Of a DNA stretch of 64,000 nucleotides, positions 13,133 through 26,060 are shown piece by piece; positions within the stretch are counted from its first letter, which is position 1, and each line of letters begins with the position of its first letter. Both the position numbers and the translations under genes were made by a program. The notes under the pieces are model-generated. The model was not told the DNA's origin, searched no databases, and worked only from the letters and a program-made list of their open reading frames with translations. The stretch spans positions 4,937,888 through 5,001,887 of the forward strand of contig NC_092676.1 of NCBI RefSeq assembly GCF_964355755.1, in the 5' to 3' direction. Source of the DNA: Antedon mediterranea. Its lineage: Eukaryota; Animalia; Echinodermata.

Positions 13133-14357
13133 TAGTGTTTACTATCATAGTGTTACTGTGGTGTTATATAAGGTATAGTATTACTTATATTAGTGTTACT
13201 GTGGTGTTATATAAGGTATAGTATTATTTATATTAGTGTTACAGTTATATCTCAGAAGAGCGTTAGTGTAGTACTACACAGGTATTCGTATTACTATCCT
13301 GTGTTAATGCTGTTATATATTTAGGTATTAGTGTTACTGTTATATATGTAGGTATTAGTGTTACTGTTATATATCTATGTATTAGTGTTTCTGTTATATA
13401 GGCCTATATGTATTAGTGTTACTGTTATATATCTATGTATTAGTGTTACTGGTATATATCTAGGTATTAGTGTTTCTCTTATTATATATATAGGCCTATA
13501 AGTATTAGTGTTACTGTTATATATCTAGGTATTAGTGTTACTGTTATATACTGTATCTAGGTATTAGTGTTACTGTTATATATCTAGGTATTAGTGTTAC
13601 TGTTATATATCTAGGTATTAGTGTTACTGTTATATATCTAGGTATTAGTGTTACTGTTATATATCTAGGTATTAGTGTTACTGTTATATATCTAGGTATT
13701 AGTGTTACTGTTATACGTATTAGTGTTCTGTTATTATTATTTATGTATTAGTGTTACTGTTATATATCTAGGTATTAGTGTTACTGTTATATATCTAGGT
13801 ATTAGTGTTACTGTTACATATCTAGGTATTAGTGTTACTGTTATATATCTAGGTATTAGTGTTACTGTTATATATCTAGGTATTAGTGTTACTGTTATAA
13901 GTATTAGTGTTCTGTTATTATTATTTATGTATTAGTGTTACTGTTATATATCTAGGTATTAGTGTTACTGTTATATATCTAGGTATTAGTGTTACTGTTA
14001 CATATCTAGGTATTAGTGTTACTGTTATATATCTAGGTATTAGTGTTACTGGTATATATCTAGGTATTAGTGTTACTGTTATAAGTATTAGTGTTCTGTT
14101 ATTATTATTTATGTATTAGTGTTACTGTTATATATCTAGGTATTAGTGTTACTGTTATATATCTAGGTATTAGTGTTACTGTTACATATCTAGGTATTAG
14201 TGTTACTGTTATATATCTAGGTATTAGTGTTACTGGTATATATCTAGGTATTAGTGTTACTGTTATAAGTATTAGTGTTCTGTTATTATTATTTATGTAT
14301 TAGTGTGACTGTTATAGGTATTAGTGTTCTGTTATATATCTAGGTATTAGTGTTATT
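13133..14357. repeat. 27-bp minisatellite with 184-bp higher-order repeat
   Basis: Unit GGTATTAGTGTTACTGTTATATATCTA; variant block TAGTGTTCTGTTATTATTATTT at 13721, 13905, 14089, 14273. Confidence 0.95.
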
Positions 14358-14699
14358 AATGTTATAAAAAAAAAATAAAAAAAGTTATTAATATTAATGC
14401 TGGCTCCCTTTGACAACAGCTGTGTGAATTCAGCGCTCTATTAGTTCATATAATATTTGATGGTATTTCTAAGAACCTCCCAATTGCTGCCAACCATTAA
14501 CGGACACCAATTGAACGGAAAGGATTTCGTCATGCAAGGAAGGTGAAACGTTTCAGCGAAATGTTTTCTTGTAAGTCGTTAATATACGCGCACACACAAT
14601 CATTACCACCACATTCATATCTAAGATTTTGACGAGAACAGACTAGAACATACAATACATCATAAAAGAATAATAAGTGATTTTGCAGTTTGGAACGAT

Positions 14700-14762
14700 A
14701 TGCGTCTGTATATTCCTAGGAAGCCCACGAAATTACACTCACCTCCCGTCTTGCATGGAACG
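14700..14762 (+). CDS. Candidate first coding exon of Blimp1/PRDM1 (MRLYIPRKPTKLHSPPVLHGT)
   Basis: ATG at 14700, 21 open codons, strong donor ACG|GTAAGA in phase 0. This matches the phase-0 acceptor at 26061, which has 15 open codons ahead of ATG 26106. Confidence 0.45.
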
Positions 14763-16146
14763 GTAAGAAAAATAGTATTCGACATTTTATTAATTTAATT
14801 TTGAAAAAAAAAATTTAAATATAATTTCTTTTTATATAATTAATATTAATATTAACTATTGGTAAGATGGTTTTACTTCGCTTCCAATATTTTTTCCTTA
14901 TCTAAAAATTAATTAATTATCTTTCAATATCAATTACTATTAGAAGAAGCATTTTGTCTAATTGTAATTAGTAGGCCTATTATAAAAATTATTAATTAAT
15001 TTATTATTAATATCAAACTTTATTATGCGCATTCAGTTAAATTCTTTATTTATCTACTTATCTTTTTATTTTCTCACTTCTGGTTTAATTTTTCTTTTCA
15101 TCTTTAAACTTATGAAAAGCATAATTATAATATTTGCCTATACATTTTGGAAATACGTCGAACGTTTTGCAATTTAGTTAATACCGGTATCTTTACTGTA
15201 GATTCAACATTATTGTACATTATTTATTGATCAACGGTGCCAATTAATCCGTTTTATTTAAATATTTGTTCAGTTGATTTATAATAAAATAGTAATACTG
15301 CAAAAACTGTTATATTTAAAATTGAGGTTTAAAAATTGATGAATATTTCAGTTAAGCGCTTTTTGGTTGTTTGTGTTAGTTTCGTTTGGATTCGTATTGT
15401 TTTTTTCCTTTTAAATTTAAATTTAAATTTAAATTTTAAATTTAAATTTAAATTTGCCTTTGTATAGGAACATTATGAAGTATGTATATATGTAGAAAAA
15501 AAATGTATGTATTGTAAGACATTAAGATGTATTGTCCCTAATTAATCTTTAATTTTCATGTTTTGGGGGGACAACACATCTTTAAAAGTTGAAATTACCT
15601 CACAACAAATTAAAAGTGTTACTGTTATATTAATTAGCTTAAACAAGGTAGGCTTACCTTGAACTTGACAATATAAAGATGCGGCTCGTTTAATACAAAA
15701 CTTTCGTCGAAATCTAGTGTACTGTACTATTTTAAGACCTTTCGCCAAGGCTTATGGCTTACTGTATTAATCACCTTAAACTAGTCTGACAGTGAAAGAT
15801 GGACCCGGTATTATAACCTTCATTGGCTTCTTCATTATCTAAACACTATCCATTTTGTTGTATATTAAAACATCGTGTGTTTTTCCCTCAAATAGATTTA
15901 ATTCCTTAGATTTAAACCACGAATTATGACAATTATTATGTAAATATCTTTAGTTAGACATGTGTTTTTTTTGTTTTTTCTATTTTAAGTTCCACTGATA
16001 CACAGCGCCATTTTGTTGTATTATATTAAAACATCGTGTGTTTTTCCCTCAAATAGAATTTAATTCCTTTGATTTAAACCACAAAAAAAAACCCCACAGA
16101 AAATGATTATGTAAATATCTTTAGTTAGGCCCATGTTTTAGTTTTG

Positions 16147-16446
16147 TTAAAGATGTATTTTCCCCCAAAACATTTTAAAAAAAAATGAAGAAGTTTAAAT
16201 AGGCCATTTTGCAGTTTTTATAAAGGTATTTACGTCTTAAAAAAAAAATTTAATTTATTATTAATCTATTTCACTTATAAAAAGACAAAAAAAACTAACA
16301 ATTTTAACCAAAAACGATTGTCTGACAGACAAAAGTATATTTTGCTTTAAATTAGGCCTATATAATTTATTTCCGGTAAATATTTTAATTTTTTGATTTT
16401 AAATTTGAAAAAAAAAAAATTTTTTAGGGGAACAATATATCTTTAA
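16147..16446. mobile_element. TTAA-flanked MITE (Kolobok/piggyBac-like); relatives at about 3510-3735, 15522-15584, 45555-45789, 46275-46360
   Basis: TTAA AGATGTATT.TCCCC ... GGGGA.AATA.ATCT TTAA; shared internal CCATTGTCTGACAGACAA block. Confidence 0.65.
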
Positions 16447-19309
16447 CTTTTTCATTTTGAGTTCAACTGATACACCACGCCGGCCTAAAAAACAATCTAT
16501 TTTGTAATACAGGAGGCATTGTTTTTATTATTGAGTATGTAGGCCTATGTAGCTATTGAACATTACAGTAAACAATAATATACATCACGTATTACTATTT
16601 TTAAAGTACATAGTTTAAGCCGGAGACGAACAATTTATAACAACAGTTGGTGATTAGGCTAATCGATATAGCGGAAGAAAAGTTACCGTTACAAATTAAT
16701 AATACAAAATCGATAATGAATCTTGTTTGCGAAGAGGAGGAAAAGACTTAATTTTAACCTCTTGTGCGTACAAGTCCAATAAGACATATCGACTTTACGT
16801 TGTAGGTAATCGAAGAGCGGTGTATATTCGCCCTTCGACGGTCTTATTATGAAGTTGAATCGCTCCGTTTTCGATGACAACTTTACTTATCTTTACAAGG
16901 ACAGTCCTTTCTCTCTTTTGGCTTAGCTACAACCATGAATTTGTCCAGCCATGGCCACTCTCATTAATTATTTGCGAAGGACATTAGAAATTTAAAAATG
17001 TTTGGTGATTAGAATATGAATACGTTTGAACTTGAATTGAAAGCGTCGACACCTGGGTACAGTTAGTGATTTTGAGAAGGTAGGTTAGTTAGTAGAAAGG
17101 AAAAGTCGACCGAAGGAGCGGGTAAACGGATTTCGGATACGTTAGCAACTTTTTATTAGAAAACAACGTAGGTACTGCTTTTTTTTTATACTCACAAACC
17201 TAATTGATGGTTTTGGGGTAAGCATTCTACTCACAACGAGTGCATGTTTTATTCTTTGTTGTAAAACCAATTACGAAACGTTGCAATATATTACCCGCGC
17301 GTGCAAAAAATTAATATGCATATCAATGTTTGTACGCGCGCGTTCACTTTGCAGTGCCACGATACTATGATCTTTACTTTATTTAACATGAAACGCACAG
17401 TAGTGAATTTGCTATCTAATTGTATGATGTGATTTATTATTTTTTTATGCTGATTTTAACGATTTTTTTTTCGCGTTATGATCAGTTTTACGAATAAGAG
17501 TATTATTAAATTAATCAATAATTTAGTGAACACACAATGATAAGTGTCTTAACACATTGTTTCAGTTTAAACAAATTATGTTGGCTAGCGTAATGATGTA
17601 GTGTTATGATTGTTTTCAAGAAAAGAGTATATCAATTTTGTATGAATTTGTATATTGTCGCAAACAAGGTATAGGCCTATATAAATATACCAACAAATGA
17701 AGTGCCGGATACGTTTTACTCCTTTCCTTTATTCCTTTGTTTACTCTGAAGTATATTAAGTAAAATTAGTTTCTAATTTTGAATAACAATAACAACAATG
17801 CTCTTAATGAAAGGGATTTACAGAATCCCATAAGGTTACAATCATTGGAAGGCCCTTTCCCTTTAGTAGAAGGATTGCCATTAAGGTTATGCAGATGAAT
17901 TACATAGTAGAGTTTTGTTGTTTAAATAATTTAAACCGACTGTTCTGAGAAATGTAATCGCCCGGATAATTCATTACCGGTTGCTATACCAGTCCTAAAA
18001 CTCCAGGCTCACCAATCATTAAACTAAAGGCGAATATTATTTATCCAGTATGCCTACAATTTCTTAAAGCGATCATGTATCATAAATTGTACGCACTAAA
18101 ACAAAATCGGGACGTTGGTTGTAACTAACAATTAACTACAAGAAATAGTGAAATTGTGATCCATATAAAATAATAAAAAGTAAATTCGTAATTGCATATC
18201 ATTATTATATATATATACTTTGCGGTAACTTTTAATAATTTCTTGTCATAAAAACTATAACCATTTTTTAATAAATGCTTTAAAACATTGATGGATTTAA
18301 TTTCAGGTATTCGTGCAAAAGTACGTGTATTAAAACTATCTCTAAAATAGTTTTCAGATTTTATTCGTATCTTTGTGTTCTTAATTAAGATGAACTTAGT
18401 TGCCACGGAGACTGATAATTAGCAACAAAGCACTTGTAATTAAGTCCAGTTTGCAGACCTTGAATACACACCTAAGAAACTAAAAAACAAACACGATATA
18501 ACATGAACTTGATGTGGGGAAGGACAAGAACACTCAGCCGGCTATTCACATTCAAACAAACGATATAATTATGTTGAAAATTACACCGGTTCAAATGACC
18601 TCGTAGCAGCGCCTTACTTAGGCCAGGGAAATGTAAATAGGCCTACAATTTCAAAGCTCGTCATCAGTTACACTATTACGAAAGTGCAACGAAGCGTGAC
18701 GCGCGCGCGTACTAAACTTAACTAATTTTGTACGCGCCGCCGAGTGACGATGGCAATGACGAATTGTTATAAAACACATCTCCAGGTGCGTTATTTTAAT
18801 TGGAAACTAAATGCAACATGTTGACAATACTTTATATTAATTGTATATCGCAGCAAATAGGCCCAGAGAAGCCATTGTTTAAAAACTAGTATCTGAAAGT
18901 AAGAACCTTGATCGTGTTTGTAGTACGCATGGCCTGTATATTTAACAATAGGCAGTCTGGACAAAGAGAATAATGTTCATTTGTTTCAACAGCATCTTCA
19001 AGACTTTAATCAATACTAGAATATCCATGGTCATTTTTCATGGCTACACACACACAAGAAGGTGGTATTGTTTCCATCGCTCTGTGTGCACAGACAAAAT
19101 AAAGGCTCGCAGTTTGCTAACCATTATTTTGAAGCAAGGATTGTGCGTTCAATAACAGTTTAAAACTAGCCAGTACTCTAGTAACCATTATTCAATACTT
19201 ATTCACACTAGTTTCACGAAAAGAAAAAGAATTTTCTAAACGATTTTCCATTATTTAAACTTCCGTTTCGTGAAACGGAATATACCGCGCCGTCGCGTTT
19301 ACCATGTTA

Positions 19310-19805
19310 CGATTGTCCCGTTTTAGTTTACAATAATGGAACGCTTGTCCCGTTTTAGTTTACAATAATGGAACGCTTGTCCCGTTTTAGTTTACAATAA
19401 TGTAACGTTTGTCCCGTTTTAGTTTACAACAATGTAACGCTTGTCCCGTTTTAGTTTACAATAATGGAACGCTTGTCCCGTTTTAGTTTACAATAATGTA
19501 ACGTTTGTCCCGTTTTAGTTTACAACAATGTAACGCTTGTCCCGTTTTAGTTTACAATAATGGAACGCTTGTCCCGTTTTAGTTTACAATAATGTAACGT
19601 TTGTCCCGTTTTAGTTTACAATAATGTAACGCTTGTCCCGTTTTAGTTTACAATAATGTAACGCTTGTCCCGTTTTAGTTTACAATAATGGAACGCTTGT
19701 CCCGTTTTAGTTTACAATAATGTAACGTTTGTCCCGTTTAGTTTACAACAATGTAACGCTTGTCCCGTTTTAGTTTACAATAATGTAACGCTTGTCCCGT
19801 TTTAG
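19310..19805. repeat. 32-bp minisatellite, about 15.5 copies
   Basis: Unit CTTGTCCCGTTTTAGTTTACAATAATG(G/T)AACG, contiguous, with no spacers. Confidence 0.95.
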
Positions 19806-20527
19806 ATAAATTATAAACAAGCGATCTGTTTACATAACAAGATATTAAAATAAAAAAACAATACAACCGTTGGCAAGTATTTATCTCTACTGCGCATGAC
19901 TTTTCAAACAATTAGCCAATCAGCAACGAGACCGGATATGTCCCAGTAATGTGTGTTTATCCATCTGCGAATGCATATGTCTGTTAATAGATGCTTTCTT
20001 TGTGAACCTTGACCTTCGAAATAGTAATCACATGCTTAAATTTGTGCTTTTATTAAAATCTGTGATTTTGTGTGTTTTCCTTTCACTATTTCCCTGTAGT
20101 TTGCCAAGGATGCTAGAAAAATGGAAGAAGGCCGAGCACACCAAGAGCTCTTGGCAAAGACCTTGCCGTTGAGTGCATGCTTATAGGCCTAATTCATATC
20201 TCACCGCATTAACTTTGTTATTACTCACATCAAAGGAAGACTTTTAGGCCGTAAACAAATAATAGGCTAGGCCTAGGCCAAACTCACAATGCTGCAATTT
20301 GCGGAAAGTAAAACGATTGAGAGTGATGGTGCGCTTATTCGAGTAGGCCTACAAGCAAGCATACTATGTATGCCAATGTGTTATTGTGGTGGCTCACGTG
20401 TATCTTTTATTTATTTTTCTTTTATTGATAAAAACAAAAATAAATGAAATAAACATATAGGATCAAATCGAACAAAGGACCTCGAATTGTATATGGATAG
20501 ATAAGAAAAGAGTTAAGAGCAAGCTGA

Positions 20528-20666
20528 GGCTCTGTCTACACTATCAAATTAGTTTGAAAAAAAAGTGTGATATACCCAAATATGGTAGTGATATGACATA
20601 ATTATGTCCATGTATGAGCACATCACATTTTTTGTCGCATAGAATTTGTAGAGTGTAGACAGAGCT
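20528..20666. mobile_element. MITE family A copy
   Basis: TIR and internal repeat match. Confidence 0.75.
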
Positions 20667-21696
20667 TTAAACACAGGTTCATGTAAAAATCGATAAACCT
20701 GTTATTATAGACCTATTTACAGTTACTGTAGGCCCACTTAACCGCCATTAACCTATCAAAGGTCCTGGGTAACGAAACACATATCAGTCGTTTGTGTAAT
20801 TTTGAATTTACCAGAGATTAAATTATTAATAGGTTACTTTAGGTAGGTCTATGATAGTGAACATTCATTATCATTATTTAGGTCAAGTGTTAATAAGAAT
20901 CTGAAAATATAAGGGACTTTCCCCCTTTAACAAACAAATAACAAAAATAGGACCATCATTGCAAACAGTAATCTTATTCTTATCTTCTTCTACGACCGGG
21001 AGTAAAATGTACTAGGGCCTATACCAGGTAAGAGTTCGTTAGACATCGTTAACAGGCGCTATACCTATCAAACATTTCATGTTCACTCAACAGAAGTGTG
21101 CGTGAAACGCTAAGAAATTTGACAGTATACTGTGGGAATGTCCGTGCGTTGCGTCCTAGTGTGAACCAAACTTTAGGTTGCGCGTACCCCTCTCTCGATT
21201 GCATCCGAGTGTAAACCAAGATGTATTTAATGGCACAGTGAATTACGCAATCGATGTTAATCACTTTCTTTTTCCAACAGTAAAACCTCTTACAGAACAG
21301 AACACATATAATTTAAATTAAACTATACTATCAATATTGTTAAACATTGTTTGAAGGTTGAATCTGCGTAACTGATATAGGCTATGATTTTATATCTCAA
21401 TAAAACCAGTTTGAAAAACACTTTCCGCATCAGCAAGTTTCCAAACTCATCATTGTGACGTCACGTATCGAACAATAATGTTAGGCCAACGGCAAGTGTA
21501 TACAGGTTTGTTATACCTACATTGTTATGAGATAATATACCTAAATATAATAGGCCTATAGGTCTAAGCAAACAAAAAAGAGATACGATAAACTCTACTT
21601 TTATCTAATAGACAATAGATAATGCATGGCATTGAACTATCGAGTATAGACACCTTTGAGTCCCAACAGTGTCCCCTTAATAGGGGTGTCTCCTAA

Positions 21697-21875
21697 AGCG
21701 TGGTTCCCACTAGCGACGCAACGCAAGGACGTAACGCAACGCAAGTGAATTGACCAATCACAAGCGATGGCTTATTCGCTTGTGATTGCTAACTGTCTAT
21801 AACTTCGCTTGTCATTGGTCAACGCGCTTGCGTTGCGTTTACGTCCTTGTGTTACGTTCTAGTTGGAACCAAGCT
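21697..21875. mobile_element. MITE family B (TIR AGCTTGGTTCCCACTAGAACGCAACGCA) inserted in an older Tc1/mariner-like MITE (about 21642-21983)
   Basis: Palindromic element with TAA/TTA flanks; the host element ends TTCTACTGTA. Confidence 0.75.
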
Positions 21876-23604
21876 TTAGAAGGGGTTAGCCGTAGTGTTA
21901 CAACATTTATTCACGGGAAGGGGGTATCCTCTAAAGGGAGGTATCCCCTTAAGGGGGTGTCTTAGAAGGGGGGTTCTACTGTATCATAAAAAGGGATCAT
22001 TGGTACAAAGTAACCTTATATTTTATCTCGGCTGAACCCTTTCACTGATTTAATTAATCTGTAAATTGATAACTATGGGCCTGTAAGTAAAAGGACTTTA
22101 CACCGATGAGCTTTTGTTGGTGCAGAAAGCGAAGTTGATGTTTAACTTTTGGCAAACATTGAAACAGTTTTATTAAGATTAGTAGGATTTTTAGTGTAAA
22201 TATTTTAATTGCGAAGATTTCGATGACTGTAAGAAATCAGCTCCGAAAGAAAACGAATCAGTTATGATAAAAGACGGTAGGATTATATCAACTTTCGGAC
22301 CTTTTTCGTCTTTTAGTCGCTCAGCCTACAAAAAGGTAATTAAAAGTTCATCCATTTCAATATTTAACCTAGGCCTAAATGCAATTATTTCCGGTGTGTT
22401 CATTTATTTGTTAGGCCAATATCAACGGAAATTGGTAGGCCTATACCATGGAATGTATAATTTTCTTTGTGATATACCTTCACTTTATACAAATTTCTTT
22501 TTAAATGTAGTAGCGCACATTTTCATGATGACATTCATAAAACAAACTAAATAACAACACCAGATAATAGTACAGTAATTATAATGCACTTTTTTAAAGC
22601 GCCATACTAGCAGACGCGTCTATTTAAAAAAGAGAAAGCGAAAATAACTATTGTGATTTTAATATTTTACGGTTCTATGATAACCTGAATAGAATCACAG
22701 AGGGTAACCAAGTTTATTATTAATCCTATTGTGACTGGTTTTACTACCAATTGTATAAGGCCTATTTGATATCTAAAAGTATTGTCTGCTAGATTTTCGG
22801 AGAATTCACAGGTATACATTATATTGGTCTATCGGCGTGTAGGCCTATAATATGATTGAGGCTGTTTGGTGGAAAGCATGAATACGAACAACGGTAAATT
22901 AATACACTTTTTGTAAAACTAAACCTTAACATTATTATTATAGTAATTTTAGGTAGGTAGACGTAGGCCTATAGCCATCGCGTTTTAAAAGCTGATGGAA
23001 AGTGTACAACATTGAATAATTATTAATAAAGGCTAATTTACACAGACAAGCGGTAACGGTAAAGGGCGTAGATTGCTCCACGTAGAATCTGCATTATACT
23101 ATTAGTATATAGGCCTATCTATCCTGGAACCCGCCTAACACGACGCCCGACCGCTCCGCGTTAACTAAGCGGCGCTTGAGATTTTCGCGACGGCACTGTA
23201 TTTCCAAATTGTGACAATATTTCTTCATTATCATAGGCAAATTGCATGTGTATCACATGTGACGTGTTTTGACGATTGTATCATGGAAAGGTCTATCTAC
23301 TATTTACTCAAAAGATTCACGTAAAATGCATGTGTTTCCGCATCATTACATTTGATTCATGCAATATTTTAAATGTATAGGCCTTTTACAATTAATATTT
23401 AACATGAAGACGCGGGTGTGTGGATGGTGGTCAAAATAAAACTGTAATTGTAAGGGTTATCGGTTGCCAAAAACAACGGTGGTGAGATGAAGGGGGTAAA
23501 AACTGAATTGATAGCAAAATAAAATTCAATAGCTCAAGATTGGAAGGAAGGCAGGCAAGAAGGGGACTCTGTTTCTGCTGCATAACGCAAATTAACCGTT
23601 TATT

Positions 23605-23720
23605 TTAAACAAGGCCAACAACCATAAGTCGCGTGCTAAAACGCATAGTGATACCGGACAGACAGACAGACCGACCGACCGACATAGTGAACTATAGAGT
23701 CGCGTCCACGCGACTAAAAA
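23605..23720 (-). mobile_element. Short DINE-1/HINE-like (Helentron-associated) element
   Basis: On the minus strand: T-run, hairpin AGTCGCGTGGACGCGACT, (GGTC)n(TGTC)n microsatellite, subterminal inverted repeat CACGCGACT. Confidence 0.6.
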
Positions 23721-24177
23721 GATATATAAATAAGCCCTAGTTCTTTTCCTCGAAAAAAGTTTGTCGAACTTTTAAATAATAAAACTTTATTTGTTAAAAT
23801 TGCACATTAAAATAAAATAGACATTGTAAATATTTACGTTTTGACATTCAATAGGTAGCCAGCAACCAAAAAAAAAGTTTTATGTAATGAGTTTATATAA
23901 CTAATTTATATAATACTCCCACTGTATGGTGCCAGTAATAACTTATAATGTTATAAAAGTATTGATGTTTAATCTCTCATAGCCTACCATCACAACCAGA
24001 ACGTGCAAGTGTTCGTTACAGCACGCCAGTTCATTTTAAACTTAGACCATATATAATATTAGAATAGTATATGAAAGACATTATAAGGAACTCCATTCAA
24101 ATTGAATAGGTTGGACACGGACAGTACTAGACTACAGGTAAGGTGCAAGTTAGTGCAATATTCATGATTTTGAGGGC

Positions 24178-24348
24178 TGGAAACAACCGGTAACACCCGG
24201 AAACATCCGGAACCATCCGATAACACCCGGAAACAACCGATAACACTTAGAAACATTCGGTAACTCCTGGAAACGTCAGGTAACACTCGGAAACAACATG
24301 TTACACTAGGCAGCATCCGGTAACACCCCGAAACAACCGGAAACAACG
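24178..24348. repeat. 10/20-bp degenerate tandem repeat
   Basis: GGAAACAACCGGTAACACCC variants. Confidence 0.8.
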
Positions 24349-26060
24349 AAAAAGGAGCCTGTAGTACATTTTTTTATAAACAATAGCCTACATTTCTTGA
24401 CCATTTGCTCGCCGCCGTATTTTGCTTCAAACGCATCAATTAATGTTTTTATTACTATTACTTATTACTAGGCTAGTTGATCAACTTGAAACACTTTGCA
24501 CCTAACTGTAAAAATAATGATACCAATTATTTCCTCCTTAATTATTGTTTTAGGCTATTTTAATTATTATGATTAATTTATTCTATAGGTTAACTCAATT
24601 TATTTAATGTCTGTATTGTAACATATAATATCTGAAACCTCAATACTTGCTTTGCACTTTTAAGCGAAACGAAAATGTCCATGTTTTGTTTATTCAAACC
24701 TATTTTTCGCTTTTTAAATCAATGTTCTGTTTTAATCTTAAATACCTTTATATTTTATTATGCATTAAAAAACCAAACTTAACTTTTGTTAACAGTAAAT
24801 TTTAATCTTGTTAAATCTTATATGAATTTCAAAACCTTAGGCCTAAATAAATTTTATTATTTTTAAATTAGTGTTTTTTTTTTATAGCTTATAGAGATTT
24901 CAAATTGTACCTCTAGGCCTATATACTTTACATTTTAATATGCATTAAAAAAATCAGAAATTTCTACTTCCACCTTTTCGGTTAGTAAATTTAGGCCTAA
25001 TCTTTTTAATCATGCTTCGATTTAAAAAAAAAATTGATTTATTTTAAATTGTAATTATAAATCAATATTGTTTATATTTTAAAATACACTCACCCTCTGA
25101 AAATATGGTTAAATGAACAGATAAAATGGTTATTAAAAATATACACTGTAAAAAAGGCTAAAATATGTATGTAGGCTTAATAAAAAAAAGAAGAAGCTAA
25201 AAATAAGAATGCAACAAATCGTTTATTCTAAATAAAATGAAGATGTTGTTGTTTTAACTACATGTTTGTGAATTTGCTTTTAATTTTACTGGAAACAACA
25301 AGTTTTACTCGTAACAACAATACGAGTGGTTATCGTCGTACTATAACAACCTTTACAAAACACACCCACGGACTTGGAATGTCGGTTCAGTTGAAATTGT
25401 GGCCTCTGTTAGGCCTAGACTGAACAATAGGCTTTTATAATTCATTTTAAAACGACAGCATATAATAATTTATTCACGTTGTAACGACACTCCCACGTGT
25501 GTTGAGGCTAACTTATTTAAGCCCAATCTAATTTTGCAGTAACAATTCATTTTTAATAACACTACAAAAGTAGGCCTATTGGTTTAAAGGAGCTCCGGGT
25601 ATAAACTGTATGTTTTTTTTATTTTTAAATAACATTGAAACATTAATAAACCCGCTTATTTTTCGTCAGTGGTAAAAGCAGAATTAGCACCGTGAAATAA
25701 TAAAAAGTGGTGTGTCACAGGACCTTTTCATAATGTTATACCAGAGGTATTATACCATGGGAAGAGTGAACACTCTCCCCATGGTTATACTTTAATACTT
25801 ACTTACAATCATTAAATATATACAATACAATCACTATTGAGCAACATTAATAGAAATAGGACCTATAACTGTGTAATACTGATTTTTTATTATTTACCCT
25901 ATACTGTTTTATTTTAAAAAAAATGTCTAGTAACACCCTATTATTACGACGATCACTCCGCTTCGGAATATAATTGATACACGAAAAAGGAAGTTAGTGC
26001 ATTACACAGCCTATTATAATGATTTTAATAACTCAAAATATTCATCTTTTTGTACTGTAG

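Noticed and set aside
13702-14303. ORFs with LGISVTVIY repeats
   Set aside because: Translations of the 27-bp satellite.
19310-19805. CRISPR-like 32-bp repeats
   Set aside because: Units are contiguous with no unique spacers, no cas genes, eukaryotic context.
20100-20186. Possible alternative coding first exon of Blimp1 (MEEGRAHQ... or MLEKWKK...)
   Set aside because: No good phase-0 GT donor found to join acceptor 26061.
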